64,000 bases of DNA, taken from Pavona decussata (lineage: Eukaryota). The DNA lies in assembly GCA_977016875.1 (NCBI GenBank), contig CDRNST010000310.1:1116001-1180000 (forward strand). The letters are read 5' to 3'. Position 1 is the stretch's first letter. Every line of letters begins with the position of its first letter. The notes under the pieces are model-generated. The model saw only the letters and a list, made by a program, of their open reading frames with translations, was not told the origin of the DNA and ran no database searches. This document shows, in pieces, positions 27,044-40,100 of this stretch. Both the position numbers and the translations under genes were made by a program.

Positions 27044-28815
27044 AACTCCAGCCCAGCCTCACTTTGACACATGTTTGCAACAACTTCCGGTTTGACAAAT
27101 TTCACAGCTTTTAAAATTTACGCAGGGACTTCAAGTTACAAACATAATACTCAGTAAAAAACAGGAAGTTTTGCCTTTTTTACATGCAAGCTGATGGGCC
27201 ATTTTTTTTTCTGAAATAACTAAAACTATATTTAGAATACCGGAACCGGAAACTGTTTTGCCCTTCTTACTTCCGGTTTCATTGCAGATTGGCTGTTTTG
27301 ATTGTAAGCGGCAATTTCAAAATATTTACATGTTTTAAATCTTCGATTAGGATTTAATTTCTGTTTACTTGTCACAGAATTCTCTTGAAAAGACGTATTA
27401 TCCACATAACCACCGTCTTTTACATAACGTTGACGTTTTTTATGAGGAGCTCTTTTTTCAGCTGCAACTGATCGGCACTGAACGTTATTTATTTTTTTAG
27501 GATGGAATGATTTTTTAAACGTGCTCAGTGTTTTCTGCAATGAAAAAATAAGGGTTTCTGCAATAACAACTTCGAAAACTAATTATCAAACAGCTTTTTA
27601 AGCCGGTATTGAATTAAATTAATTGTGAAATTAGTGAAAAGTTGTACTACTATGTACGTATTTTTAACATCTCAAGTTCTTTTTCAAGCCGAACGCGGCT
27701 ATAATAGATCCATTACATTTAATATCGTGAAAGCTCTCCTCGCACTTAGAACAAATGGAAAAAATGTAATGCGTTTTCATTAGTAAAATTTTGGCCTTTC
27801 TCAGGCCCAAAGTTCCTATAAAGAAGATTCTTATATATATAAAAAGAGTGTACCGCGATAAAGCGTTTCCACCAAATGGTTTTAGCAGACTCGACGAAAA
27901 ATAAGTACACCGGTATATGTGATCTTGTGATTTATGTACACCAAAGTATGTTTCACTTTACACCCGCGGGCACACTCTCCGGGGTTTTGCAATTTTGTTT
28001 TCACTTGAATACCCGTTGACTAGCTTCCCTCGCAGAGGCTCGTCACGCAATCTTTCCTCCCGTTGTGGAGGAAAGGTTGCGTGACGAGCTAAAAGAGCTT
28101 CCGCGAGGGAGGCTACCATGCAGTTGGCATTCTGTTCCTCTTTTGCTCAAGAATCCACGGGGAGAACTCCCGAATATCGTGCTTGCTCAGTATCTTGCGT
28201 TCTCCCCGCGGATTCTCGAGCACTAGAGAGACTGCTCGTAGTGTATTTTGTTTCCCACTCCCAGGTATACAGCTACAAACAATTGCCTGGCCTGTTCCAC
28301 CCTCTCAGAAAGCAGTTTTAGCCGATCGTTTTATCAAACTGGGCTGATATGCTAATTTGGCCACTTTAAACTGACATTTCGAATGTTAGCCTTCACCTGA
28401 CGAAGGGCCACTCAAAACTAATTTCCGCATTCCCTTTCTGTTAGCCCTTCGTCAACGGAAGGCTAAAATGTCAGTTTAGAGTGGCCAAATTACAAGTCCC
28501 CCGTTCGTCCCGCAGTTTTGCTCGCTCCCCTTTCTCCTCCCCCTCCCCGATTACGCCTGAGGAAAAATGGGTTCGTGAATCGTGATTGGGACCCCCTCCC
28601 TCCTCTTTACACCCCTGAGACAAGGAGAGGGGGAGGAAGCCCGCATCTAACCTCCTTCTAACCGTTTCCTTCCACGGGAAATAATAAACCTCACATAAAA
28701 TTATCGCTTAGACAGCAGCTACTGCACTATGGAAGTATAGTAAGACGTTTTTATTGCGAGATTTCCTTTATTTCTATGTCCTTGACCAAAATACGAAAAT
28801 CTCATACTAATCCTT

Positions 28816-29103
28816 ATAGAGCGGTTTTCAACTGAGTGTCGAAAGTAATTGCGTTTTTGCTTTGGTTTTGCATTACTACGCTCTGTGATTGGTTGATAAA
28901 ACTCGTGCCACTTTCTCAACCAATAAGATGTGAAACCAAAACCAATCGTGCCTTGGTCGCAAGTCTTTTCCCGCGCTTGCCGCCGGTTACATGTATTTGC
29001 TTTGAATTCTGATTGGTTCATTGCGCTGTTTGCACCTGCTGTGATTGACCAGAGTAATTACTTTGGTTTTGGTTTTAAGACACTCGATTGAAAACCGCTT
29101 TAT
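28816..29103. mobile_element. MITE (family also present, degenerate, at 44911-45363)
   Basis: ATAGAGCGGTTTTCAACTGAGTGTC ... GACACTCGATTGAAAACCGCTTTAT; internal GATTGG motifs. Confidence 0.75.
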
Positions 29104-29507
29104 TACCCTTATTACGCGTTTCCAATCGTTGTGAAATAACCCCGCCGATATTTTAGGCCGTGTAGCAAGCGTTTCCGTTGGATTTTGTGCGTTTTCCGCT
29201 GGGTGAACGCGAACGCGCGAAATTTGGGACAGAGCGAAAACAAGGAGGAAGGGGGGGAGGGGAGTGTTATTCATTCTACCCAATTGCAGCTCACTTTTTG
29301 GTTTAGATCTTGGTCTGAACGAAGGTGAATGCTGCTCGATTCGCAAAGGTAACAGTGAATAAATGTCTTGGCAATTCATTACGGAAATCACCATGCCGGA
29401 ACTGCAGTGGACATCCGTTTAGAGTAAAAACAAAAAGCGCAAAAAGGCGCGTATTTTCATGACCATATTCCGTATACTTTTCATTGTTAATTTGCAGGAA
29501 AATTATT

Positions 29508-31887
29508 CCTTTAGTCATCACCTTTAGTCATTATTCTTTCAATTCACCCATGCCATTCCTCAAGATACTTTGGACAAAATTCCCGGCGAATTGTAAATCT
29601 GAATCGGTTGAATAATTTTGTTCACATCAATTGTGCATTGTAACAGTTGCAGTGAAAGCCGGGCAAATTAGCCTGGTGTAATCGAATGCACGAAAAATGA
29701 ACTTTATAGTAGGTTATATATTCAAATTACCCAGTATTCGGGTTTGTAAAGTTATTCATTCCCACTGATGGTTCAGACCTTGCCTTGATAGAGAGTGAGT
29801 GCTGTACGATTTGCAGCGAAGCTAGAAGCCAACAGTGAATCCATCGCGTTCCGTGTGATCCGTTCTGTGGCTCAATATAACAGCCGTGCGATAAGTATTT
29901 TTTTGTTTTCCAGTTATGGACGTTTTGGTCCATGGTCACCCATATTGGCCAACATTGGTCCATGGTCACCCATATTGGCCAACATTGGTCCATGGTCTCC
30001 CATATTGACCAACATTGGACCTTAGTGAGCCATATTGACCAATAGTGGTCTATGGTGACCAATATTGGCCAACACTAGAGCGGAGTCACCTGTATTGGCC
30101 ACGATTGGTCTTTGGTCACTCATATTGGTCAACATTTGTCCATAGTCACCCATGTTGGCCAACATAGGTCCATGGTCACCCGTATTGGCCACGATTGGTC
30201 CTTGGTCACTCATATTGGCCAACATTGGTCCAAAGTCACTCATGTTGGCCAACATAAGTCCATGGTGACCCATATTGGCCAACATTAGTTCATGGTGATC
30301 CGTATTGCACATTTGGTTTATGGTTACCCATAGAAACCACTGTTGGTCCATTTTGGCCCATAAGAGGCAATATTAGTCCATAATGTCCCATGGCACTGAT
30401 GTGTGTTGCCTAAGCCCCAACATGTTCATAGTCACGGTTCTCCGCATAAAATCCGAGAAAACGCTACTGCCAAAAGCTTTCCTTCAAAAAATTTTCCTCA
30501 GAGAATCCCTGAAAAGTCTTCAATCGCTAATTTGAAACCCCAAAAAGGTCTTCGCGCCTTCCCATCACTAATATTCTTTTAAGAGCACTCCTATCTATAG
30601 CCTTTTCATAAGCTTTCGTGCTGATTTCTCCGTTCACAAAAACTTGCCATTCTATCTACCACATTTGGTTCTTTTAAACGTAATGCACACCAGCAGGAGC
30701 CCATTACCTGGGCTCCTGACACCAGCATGTTTAGCTATGTTTTTTGTTGTTGTAAAAATACAAGAAATTAAAGCGATTTGGCGTTTCGATGTAATAGCTA
30801 ACATCATTATCAAGAAATAAAGTCAATTGAAGTTGTGTAGCTCAGCAATAGAGTTCAAAATAAATTTAAATAAATATCGTTTTGCGTGAATTAAGTGACC
30901 GGTTCGGCTCCGCCGTTTTTGGCGTTGTGATGTTTCCTTTGTGGAAATCTTACTAACTGTTAACACGAGCAAAAACCTTCAACGAGAACTTCGTCATCTT
31001 GGGACGCAAAAAGAAGCACTTCTAAACTGAAAAAAAAAATCAGTCTAAAAGGAAAACTTGCTGGTGTGCATTACCCTCCAGTCTGTCACATGAGATCCAC
31101 CGGCGATTCCTGAAGACAAATAAAGACACCTGATGCAGCTCACGGGCTGCACGTTTCCACAATGTTTTATTAAGAAAACCGCCCTTCTTTTCTCTGAAGT
31201 CCATGAGAGACCGCCGGTCATGTTCTGTCTTGATTGACGGTCAGCAAACGCCACAACTACTCCGCTGATCGATTAAGAGGTTTTTTTTAACACTTTGGTG
31301 GCATGTGGTTCGCTGTTTAGATCGATGAAGAGTGTCATTTACCTCTACCGATGTGCGGCTTTCTGGTCTAGAAAGACACGTACACCTTTAAATGACACCA
31401 TGGCGAAGTCCAAGCGGGGGGAGAACGAAGACCGTTAGTATGCAATGTAGATAGTAACGTACTCAAAACTCGGAACGTCAAAAACTGGATAACAAACTGA
31501 AATGATACTTATCACACTCTGGTGTATTGTGCCAGAACGGATCGTACGGAACGCGATGGATTCACTGGTACCTTTTAGTTTCGCTGCGAAGCGTATGTAA
31601 ACTCAACCGTCAGTGTACATGACTAACTTTTTAAACCCGATTACTGGGTAATTTGAATATATAAATTAATATGCTATAAGCTTCATTTTTCGTGCATTCC
31701 AACACGCCTGGCTAATTTGCCCGGCTTTTATTGGAACTGCTACAATGCACAACTGATGTGAACAAAATTGTTAAACTGATTCAGAGTTACAATTCGCCGG
31801 GACCATTGTCCAAAGAAGCTTGTGGAATGGCATGTACGGTTAATTGAAAGAATAACGACAAAAGGCGAAAGGTGAGGACTGAAACGG
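29508..31887. repeat. Pair of ~400-bp diverged inverted repeats (29508-29915 and 31483-31887) bracketing a ~1.6-kb core
   Basis: Collinear reverse-complement blocks, e.g. ATCCATCGCGTTCCGT, ATATTCAAATTACCCAGTA, AAAGCCGGGCAAATTAGCC, TTTTGTTCACATCA, CCCGGCGAATTGTAA. Confidence 0.8.
29925..30350. repeat. 30-bp minisatellite, about 14 copies
   Basis: Tandem unit CATATTGGCCAACATTGGTCCATGGTCACC with variants and no spacers. Confidence 0.9.
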
Positions 31888-31917
31888 CTTCTATATAATA
31901 GCAAGCATTAGCACCGG

Positions 31918-32809
31918 CAGGGGCGTAGCCAGGATTTCTAGGAGGGGGGTTCCAAATTGGTTCCAACGAAAACGGTTGGTCTAAAATCCTTACATTATGT
32001 ACGTACAAGACTTTGGCGTTTACACTACGCCAACAGAAGACGCCTTGGTTGCCGTTAAGCGAACGTGTTTATCACTTCCTCGATATTTATGTCTCAGTGG
32101 TAATCGGATGTTCATCACTCTCGCTCGCTTGACATGGTCGACCTCAGGTATGTTTTTAACCTTCTTAGTGTACTGAATGAGCGCTCACATTCAGCTGACG
32201 TCATCGGCAACGTGCACAAAATGCATATCGGGGTGTGGATGTTAGGAAAGAACTCTCGATCGCATGCTGCGAGTGTCTGAACTGTACTGGTGGGAAGGTC
32301 GGCGTCCTCAGTGCTGCACCACTTTCTCTTCCATCGGAGGAGCTCAACATCAACCACATGAGGAGAAGGAAGGTCGTTCTCATAAAACTCCAGAGCTGCT
32401 TCAATGTCAGGATTTCTGTCTCCGACGGCTACCAGCTCGGGAAGAAGATTAAAAAGGCTGGACAAGACAGCATCATTAGTAAGATTGAAGTCTGTTTTCA
32501 TCTCTGATCGTAGATGGTCTAGAAGGGGAATAGCAACTGCTCTCTTATAGTAATTAGATGGTGTCTGGACTGGTACATTGTCGCGATGCTGCTGCTAATT
32601 GATCCGGCGCGGGATGGAAGGCATACTCACCTACATTTGCAGCGGTAGTGACCGCTAGATCGAACCACTCGGTCCAGATGTCGAGAGTCCATTACACTCT
32701 TGCTGGGATAAAATCGCTGTTAAAAATAGGAGAGGGGGTTCCTTGACGCGACAGGGGGGGGGGGGGGGGGTTGCAGAACCCCTGGAACCCTCCCCTGGCT
32801 ACGCCCCTG
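31918..32809 (-). mobile_element. Internally deleted hAT DNA transposon (P52rIPK/THAP12-like transposase remnant)
   Basis: TIRs CAGGGGCGTAGCCAGG ... CCTGGCTACGCCCCTG; the internal - strand ORF carries the hAT C-terminal dimerisation motif. Confidence 0.85.
32115..32615 (-). pseudogene. hAT transposase C-terminal fragment (hATC dimerisation domain)
   Basis: ...QQHRDNVP...YYKRAVAIPLLDHL...FPNIH...LCTLPMTSAECERSFSTLRRLKTYLRSTMSSER; truncated, with an upstream in-frame stop and no catalytic core. Confidence 0.8.
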
Positions 32810-32921
32810 CCGGCGCCTTTCCTGATTGGATGATGAAATTACAGAGTTTTGATTGGCTTAGCGACCAAGGGATATCAGCCTTTAAACTACGCCCGAGAAA
32901 TAACGGTCATTAAATCGGCTT

Positions 32922-33166
32922 CAGGGGCCTGTTTCTCGAAAGTCCCGGTAAGTTATCGGGCCCGGTAAGTATATTTTTAAATGTTTTTTCGCCGGTTACA
33001 CAGTGATTAGAGACATGATACTTGGCCAATGTTTTCATAGAATTAAAAGGTTTTAAAATTTAGTATTCAAAGCTAACAAAAATGGACTTCTGCTAAGAAA
33101 CATTTATCACCAAAGACACTTACCGGGCACGATAAGTTACCGGGACGTTCGAGAAACGGGTCCCTG
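32922..33166. mobile_element. Harbinger-type MITE
   Basis: CAGGGGCCTGTTTCTCGAAAGTCCCGGTAA ... TTACCGGGACGTTCGAGAAACGGGTCCCTG. Confidence 0.75.
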
Positions 33167-34039
33167 GTCTTTCTTGCAAAATAAAATACAAAACGACATG
33201 GCTAACTTGTAAAAAAAGTTTGTTGGGTGGCCACGGTAAGGCGCGTCGCACTGTAAAAAAAAAACAAGCAATATTGCTAAATCTTGCGTCGCATTGTAAA
33301 ATGATTGTTATGAAAAGATAGTATGACCAACTGATATCTTATCTTTTCATTAGCCGGAATCATTTTAAATACAATTTAAATAAAATTCGGTTGCATAGTC
33401 CCAAGTTTTTCAACTCGCTAAGTCAGGAAATTCAAGATAGTGAGAGTATTGGCTTACTTAGCTAGTGTCATAAACTCTTTAAACATACTCGTTTTCTTCT
33501 TGTTCCTGCTTTTTTTTTCCCTCCCCCCCTCCTCTTTTTTTTAAAAACAAATACCAAATAATCTATTTACATACTCAGCAACTGAAACTTTCATTATTTA
33601 CTTCATGTTGCTAGGAAGCTTTTGGTCCATAAGCCCGCCCCGGCTTCTATATAGGCGTGCCAGAGCCTTTTTTTTTCTTTTTTTTTTTTTTTAATATCCA
33701 ACATCAAGCATTTATTTTATTTACTGTAAATGTATGTATTACACTAATTGTATGTATTACACCATATGTATGCTTGTGTATTTTTATGGTTTATAGCAAA
33801 TAAAATTGAGAAATTGAGAGATATGGTAACCGTTTATTTCCATATTTTTACTTAACTTTTTGCAGCCCCCGAAGAAGGTTAGTTTTGTCTCACCGAAATA
33901 TTGCGCAATAAAATTACTCTTTTCAGCTGTCCGATCAGCCAGGTTGCATTTGGTTTTAGCAGAGAAGTGTCCGTTATGAGATTATCAGAGAATATTAAGT
34001 AGGCGCGTGGTCACAGAACACTGGTTTTGACAAGAGCAA

Positions 34040-34157
34040 CCAATCGGCGCCGCGCCGGCCAGTGTGCAGGGGCCCGGACGAGTGGGCTGGTGGCTGGTTA
34101 TGATTCTTTTGTCACGTGACTGGAAGCCATGTTTGGTGGCCGCTTCCAAGATGGCGG
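34040..34157 (+). promoter_or_regulatory. GC-rich PPP4R1 promoter with CCAAT box, palindromic GTCACGTGAC E-box and TISU/YY1-like start context
   Basis: CCAAT at 34040-34044, GTCACGTGAC at 34111-34120, CCAAGATGGCGG around the ATG at 34151; locally CpG-rich. Confidence 0.55.
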
Positions 34158-37100
34158 GTAAGGTCATGAATTCCGATGAGGTATTCGTCTCGTTTCATTA
34201 CTTATTCCCGGCTTCTTTTCAGATATACATTTCTGTATAGAAAATTCTGATGGCCCAGAAGAAGAGGACCAAGAGGACGGTATGTTCCGTTGACTCGTTT
34301 GCTATAATTACCGGGGAGAGTTTCAAAACGACACCAGTTTTTCAACTGACTGTACATAGCATATTACTCAACACCTCAATTTGCATTTTTACAGAAGGGT
34401 ACGAGATGGATCAGGAGGAATCATCTCTGCAGAGTTATGCTTCTTCGGAAGAGCCTCTGAGCCCCATCATCCGAATGGAGCGTTTTATGCTGAGCGACAT
34501 CATAGTTAATCGGTGGGTTGAGACATAGATCTGCACGTGTGTACAAATTATGCTTCTTCACCTTGTCCGTGACGTTTGCTCGGTTTCTTAATGCTGTCCT
34601 AAATCGGGAACACGACCTTCAATCTCTTTCCTTTAGGCAAATGGCAGCTAGATGCTGCCAAGACGCTCTGAGGGCGAGTAAAACCAAAGAAGAAGTTTAT
34701 CACGTCCTGAGATTAATGGTCCGTCTTTCCGACGACATCGGTAAGTGCATGGACGAGCTTTTGCGTAATCCATGGTTTTATAACCCAATATTCAAATGTC
34801 AAGTATCCCGAAATACAGCTTATAAATTTCTGTTTGTAATCCTATTCGACTTTGTAAATAATGCTGAGCTTATTCACTTTCGTATATTCTCGATGCCGTA
34901 GTTTCTATTTTGCCGTTTAACAAGGGCATGTACGATTTTGATCAAAGTTCGGCGTGTGCACGAAGATAATTTTGTGATTTGATATAATCGCACGCATTAT
35001 ATTTGGTGAACAAGACTCCTTCATCGATCATGAATTTATATTTTGTCGGAAGAGGTTTTTTTTGTTTGTAATTGGGAAGTAGAAGACGGAGATTGAGAAA
35101 ATAATTTTGTATAAAATAGCGACGCTGTTGTTAACGTTGCCACTAAGCTTGGAGTGTAATTTTCCGGACATTTCTAGCTTGCCGGCGTTTGATATTTGCT
35201 ACAGTTTGTGTACTTTCCCAATTCGGCATTGTTTATGTTTTATACTTTAATAAATCCTAGTATTATTTCCCTTAGAGATCTACATTGGATTGCAAGAAAA
35301 AAATACGAGTTTCAGAAACGTTTCCGTCTAGCTGTAACGCAAATCTAAGATATAATTGTGCACGCAGAACGTTTTAGCTAGTGATGAGCTTATTTGCAAG
35401 ATGCTAAAGACGAAAATTGAGTAAAATAATGTAATTTTCCACTGCTCACCAAAAATGAAATATTAACTTGGGTATTTTAATATTATTGGATTTTTTTGGA
35501 TGTGCATGCACACGGAATAAGGTCACAAGGACTGGGCATCCCTCAACTTCATTTTCCAGGAAATTCTATCTTGCATACCTCTGGAAAATACCTCTCACAA
35601 TCAGTAACACTCCAGGGTTTGCCATCTGTTTATCTTGTCAGAATTAAAGACACGTTTTAGTAAAATTTGTAGCATAATTATACAGATGTTTGGTTCCTGC
35701 GTAACGCTTACATTTGCATGATTGTCTGGTTTTAAAGAAATTATCACTGACAACAAAAAAAACTGCAATTTTCACTGCACTATAAGCTGCAATTCTTTAT
35801 TCTTAACTCTTAGCATTTGATAGAATTTTACACATTTACAGTCTTTTTTTATGGGATAACTACTTCAGGGTGGTCTTTCCTTTTGAGGAGGAAAAACACA
35901 TCCTTTTTAAGAGGATCCTTTGAGAAGTCATGGCAGACTTAAAAACATGCCCAAAATTTATATTAAGAGTGCTTTTAGGAAGCTGCTTAACAGTATCCTT
36001 GAAGCCTGGGCACGGAACAGAGAGTGTTGGTCAGAGAATGGTCGACCTTATGCGCCTACTGTCATGCGGAGATTTGAGGACGACGATAACCTAAATGTTT
36101 TGCAGCAGCACCTAATACTTCGCATGTTGGGCTCCTAACTTCTCGATGTTTGGCCTTGTGCACGTGGGCTCCAGGAAATTTCTCTTAGGCAACAGCCTTG
36201 GCGTTCATTTACCAGTTTTAAGGACCATGCCCTTAACAGCACTTTTGATGGCGACAGGTCACACTGTTGCTGACGATGTATTTGTTGTAATATTTTCCAG
36301 AGCCATCTGTAAGAGTTGAGCTTATGGAGCAAGTTCCTCATGTGGCTGTCTATTGTTATGAACATCATTCCATGATGGAGGCTGTGCCGCAATACATTTT
36401 GTTCATTGTGCTGCGTTTTTTAACGGACTCCAATAATCAGGTAAAGGATGTTGTGGAAAACTTGTTCCTGGTGTAATTTGGCAAGGTTATAGTTTGGCTA
36501 TTCAGTGAAATGTTTTCTTTTTTTTTTTTTTTTTGTAAACATTAGGTATATTGAGAATGATGTATTATTCAGTGAGTGATATAGGCATACCAAGTAAAAG
36601 GAAATCGGAGTGCTCCGATTACAATTTCGGATGTTCTACCACTGGGCTACAGGAGACTCGTGAGAGCTAAGACCATTAAACTAGGTTCATGGGGCAAACA
36701 TCCTGCATACTGCTAGGATTTGAATGTCAATGTTTGGTATAATGTGTAATGGAATAAATGTATATTGTAACGTGGATGCAACCATTCACGCATCTAGTGG
36801 TTTCTCTTGGGGAAGTTTTTACAACATCACAAATATCCCAATCACACGTGGTCTTGTTAAGGACATGGATAGTTTGCTTTTATTCTGAGTCCCACCACCC
36901 CCACCCCTCCTCTCTCCTGTTCCCTCTCAATGGTAGTGATCTTAGGTTTAAATTTACAGTATCTGGAAAACTGTACAGCACTGCTAAGTGAGTTGGGGAA
37001 AGGGAAGAAATTTGAACATGTCAAAAATGATGCTATTAAGCAAGACTACAAGAATCTTGAGTCTTTTGCAACTGTTTGGAGCTAAAGGGGCGATTTCAGA

Positions 37101-40100
37101 CAGTTCCCTTCTGACATCTTGTAAGCAAGGTTTTAACCAGTAGGTTGTCCAGGAGGATTCAGGACTGCATTTTAAAAACAGTCAGTGAACATTCACCTAT
37201 CTTTTAAACATTTTACAGCACACACGCCTCTTAGACATTCAAATTAAAATTTCTGACTAAAGGCCTGCTTGTAATTGCATGTTATTATCTGTGGTTTGTA
37301 ATAATACTGTTCGTAATTCACCCATTGGGCCGTAGCCCTGAGTGCAATAGCTTTGCAATAAACCTTTAACTATAATGACTAACTCATTGTTGTTATTTAT
37401 AAGCCTGGGAAATTGTGACGTGGATTGTTTTTGTTATTTATTGGCATGGTGGCTTATGTATTAAGGGAAAGATTAAGCAAATTCTCAGTTGATTAGTGCA
37501 ACAGATGCCATGTTTCACATCTTTCTCGTTGTCCATGTGGGTGTACTTGTGGATGATTTACAGATGGCAGGGTTTAAATTTCATCCCAGTGACATTTTTA
37601 TTCCTGTGTTTATGGCCCAGAGGAGACAATATTTGGTTTCTTTTGTACGCTGCTTTGGTATATTTAGTATATACATGTACCAAGCACCATCAGTTCATTA
37701 AGGTAATCAATGATTTTACAGGAAAGTACCGTGCAAATAGGCTTCTTTCGATATATTAAAATTCAACTTTACAATGAGGCTTAGAGGACACAAACAAAGG
37801 AAACTGAATAATCATGTTTATTCATTTCTGCTGTTTCTGTCCTCTAGGCCTCGCATTCAAACCAAATTTTAATATTTCGAAAGGACCCTATTCCAAATCA
37901 CTAGATACATCCTTGGTCATTACATGTACTATAGTTCCCAAATAGATAGCCTTTGTATCTTGGTGCCACAGCACAAAAAGTTTTTTTTTCTTGTTTATTT
38001 GGTTTCATGACCCTAGTTGTTTGAGTGCCTCAGATATGTACATGTACATGAAGACCATGATTTTCAGTCCCTAATAATTTTATATTTTGTTAATTAGGTC
38101 CGTAAAACCAGCCAGGCTGCCTTGTTGGTGCTCTTGGAGCAGGAAGTTGTTGAAAGAGGTAAATAATAACACTGATGAATTCATTGGTAATGCCAAAAAA
38201 ATCTTTGTAATATTGCATTCCAAATTTAGCTAATGATTCTTTAGTTGATCTTGTTTTGGGGTTGTATTAGGCAACTTTAGATCACGTATAGCTGCGAAAA
38301 TGACCCTTCTAGTCAAGTATGCCATATCTCCTCAACGTCATGTCTAAAATGTCAAGAAAAACATCTGCAATGTGTCAAGGAATCGTATTTATATTGTAGT
38401 TCACATTGCAGATGTTATTCTTGATGTTTGAGACATGACATATAAACAATGGTAAATTATTTTTTGAGCACAGCATATTTTGGGCAAGCAACCTCACCTG
38501 TGAGTTGTTTTGTCTGTCTTTGTTCTTGTTGATTACCTGTAGTTTAATCTATATATCTGTTATTTAAAAAATGGGAGTAGAACTACAGTTTCCAGGCGTG
38601 GTATTAGAAAAATGGTGCATTGATCAAGAGACACATAGGAAACTTGATGCCTTGTGAGTACATTGTATGAATAAGATTTGAGATCACTTGTAGCTGGTTA
38701 AGGCTCTTAGTCTCAGCCCTGAAGTTCCACATTTTTACATGTGTATTTTCTTCCTTTGCCTTTTTTAGAGGATATTGAGGAACAGGTTTGTCCTGTTTTA
38801 CTTCAGCTAACAGCTGGAGAAAGTAATGACGACTACAGATCTGAAGCAGTTGCAGTAAGTCTTGCCATGTCGCATTCATGTATGTGTTGTGTGATGGATA
38901 TGGTGTGGATTTGTTTTGATTTGAAATTTTGCATTGAAACCAAAGGAAAATAAAATTAAACTGGTTTTACTGCATCTTTCAATAACACACAGACTCTGAA
39001 CTTCAACCCCAACTAACAGTTTGTGTGTTTACTGCTGTCAATCATAATTAAAGTGACAACCAGCAGACTGCAAAAAAAGAGAAACCGACAAAGTGGATCG
39101 AAATCTACATGAACATGACCATTTCATCGGGCTGTTGTGCAAAACGTTTTTGTTTTCTTAGAGGTCCATTGCAGTGAGTGACGGCAGTGAAAAGCTTAAT
39201 GGTTGGTTGAATCTTGAAGCTCAGTGTTTGCATGTTATTGAAAGGTGCCGTAAACCAAATTTAAAACACAACATGTGTACAGTGGAGGCCTGAAAAAAAA
39301 CCTTCAATTACAGCTTGCCCTTTTGGACTTGCCCTGTACATATATCCTGGCCGGGGTGCTGTCTCATGTGGCCAGGTGCTTGGTGGTTGTTTTGGTATTT
39401 GGATATTAACTTGGCAGCTAGCTGCCTGCCTATAGGCAAGTGCGTACTACAAAATGGTGCTTTCCGTTTAGGCACATTCAGCAATTTTCATGACTACGTC
39501 TGGTTTCAATGTTTGCAAGAAAATGATATTAATTGAATAGCAACATAGTTGAAGAATGCAATTGGTCAATTTATATTAAGAAGAATCTCAACTCAAAATT
39601 TTTTCAAATAGAAAATCACTCAAGTGACTTTGGGCTTTTGTACAAAACTGAACCAAACAAACGAAATTAGCCAAATGTTGACACCACTTGTGTAGGTCGC
39701 TTGCATTTTAAAGAACTTATTAAGCTACTTTCTTGTTTACAGTATTTGGTATTTTCTTAAGAGCCAAGTAGGTTACCAAGTTTCTTGTACAATGGCCAAT
39801 CTCTGTGCCAAAATAGAGCTTATCTAGAACAATTTCGTTATCAAAGTAGAAAAAGTCACTTATGATTGTCTTGCGGTCAGCATAAAACCCTTCAATTGTT
39901 AATAATAGATTTGTTAAATTACAATTTCTCTGTTTTAGTTAATGAGCAAGATGGCTCCACTTGTTGGACGAGACATTACAGAGCGATACTTTTTACCAAG
40001 GTTTGAGGCGCTTTGTTCAGATCCTCTTTTCCATGTGAGGAAGGTAAGCAGAACATGACCATTACTATTACTCTTTAGGTGTTAATAAGTCAACTCTGAT

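Noticed and set aside
29925-30350. CRISPR-like array
   Set aside because: Contiguous tandem units with no unique spacers, eukaryotic context, no cas genes
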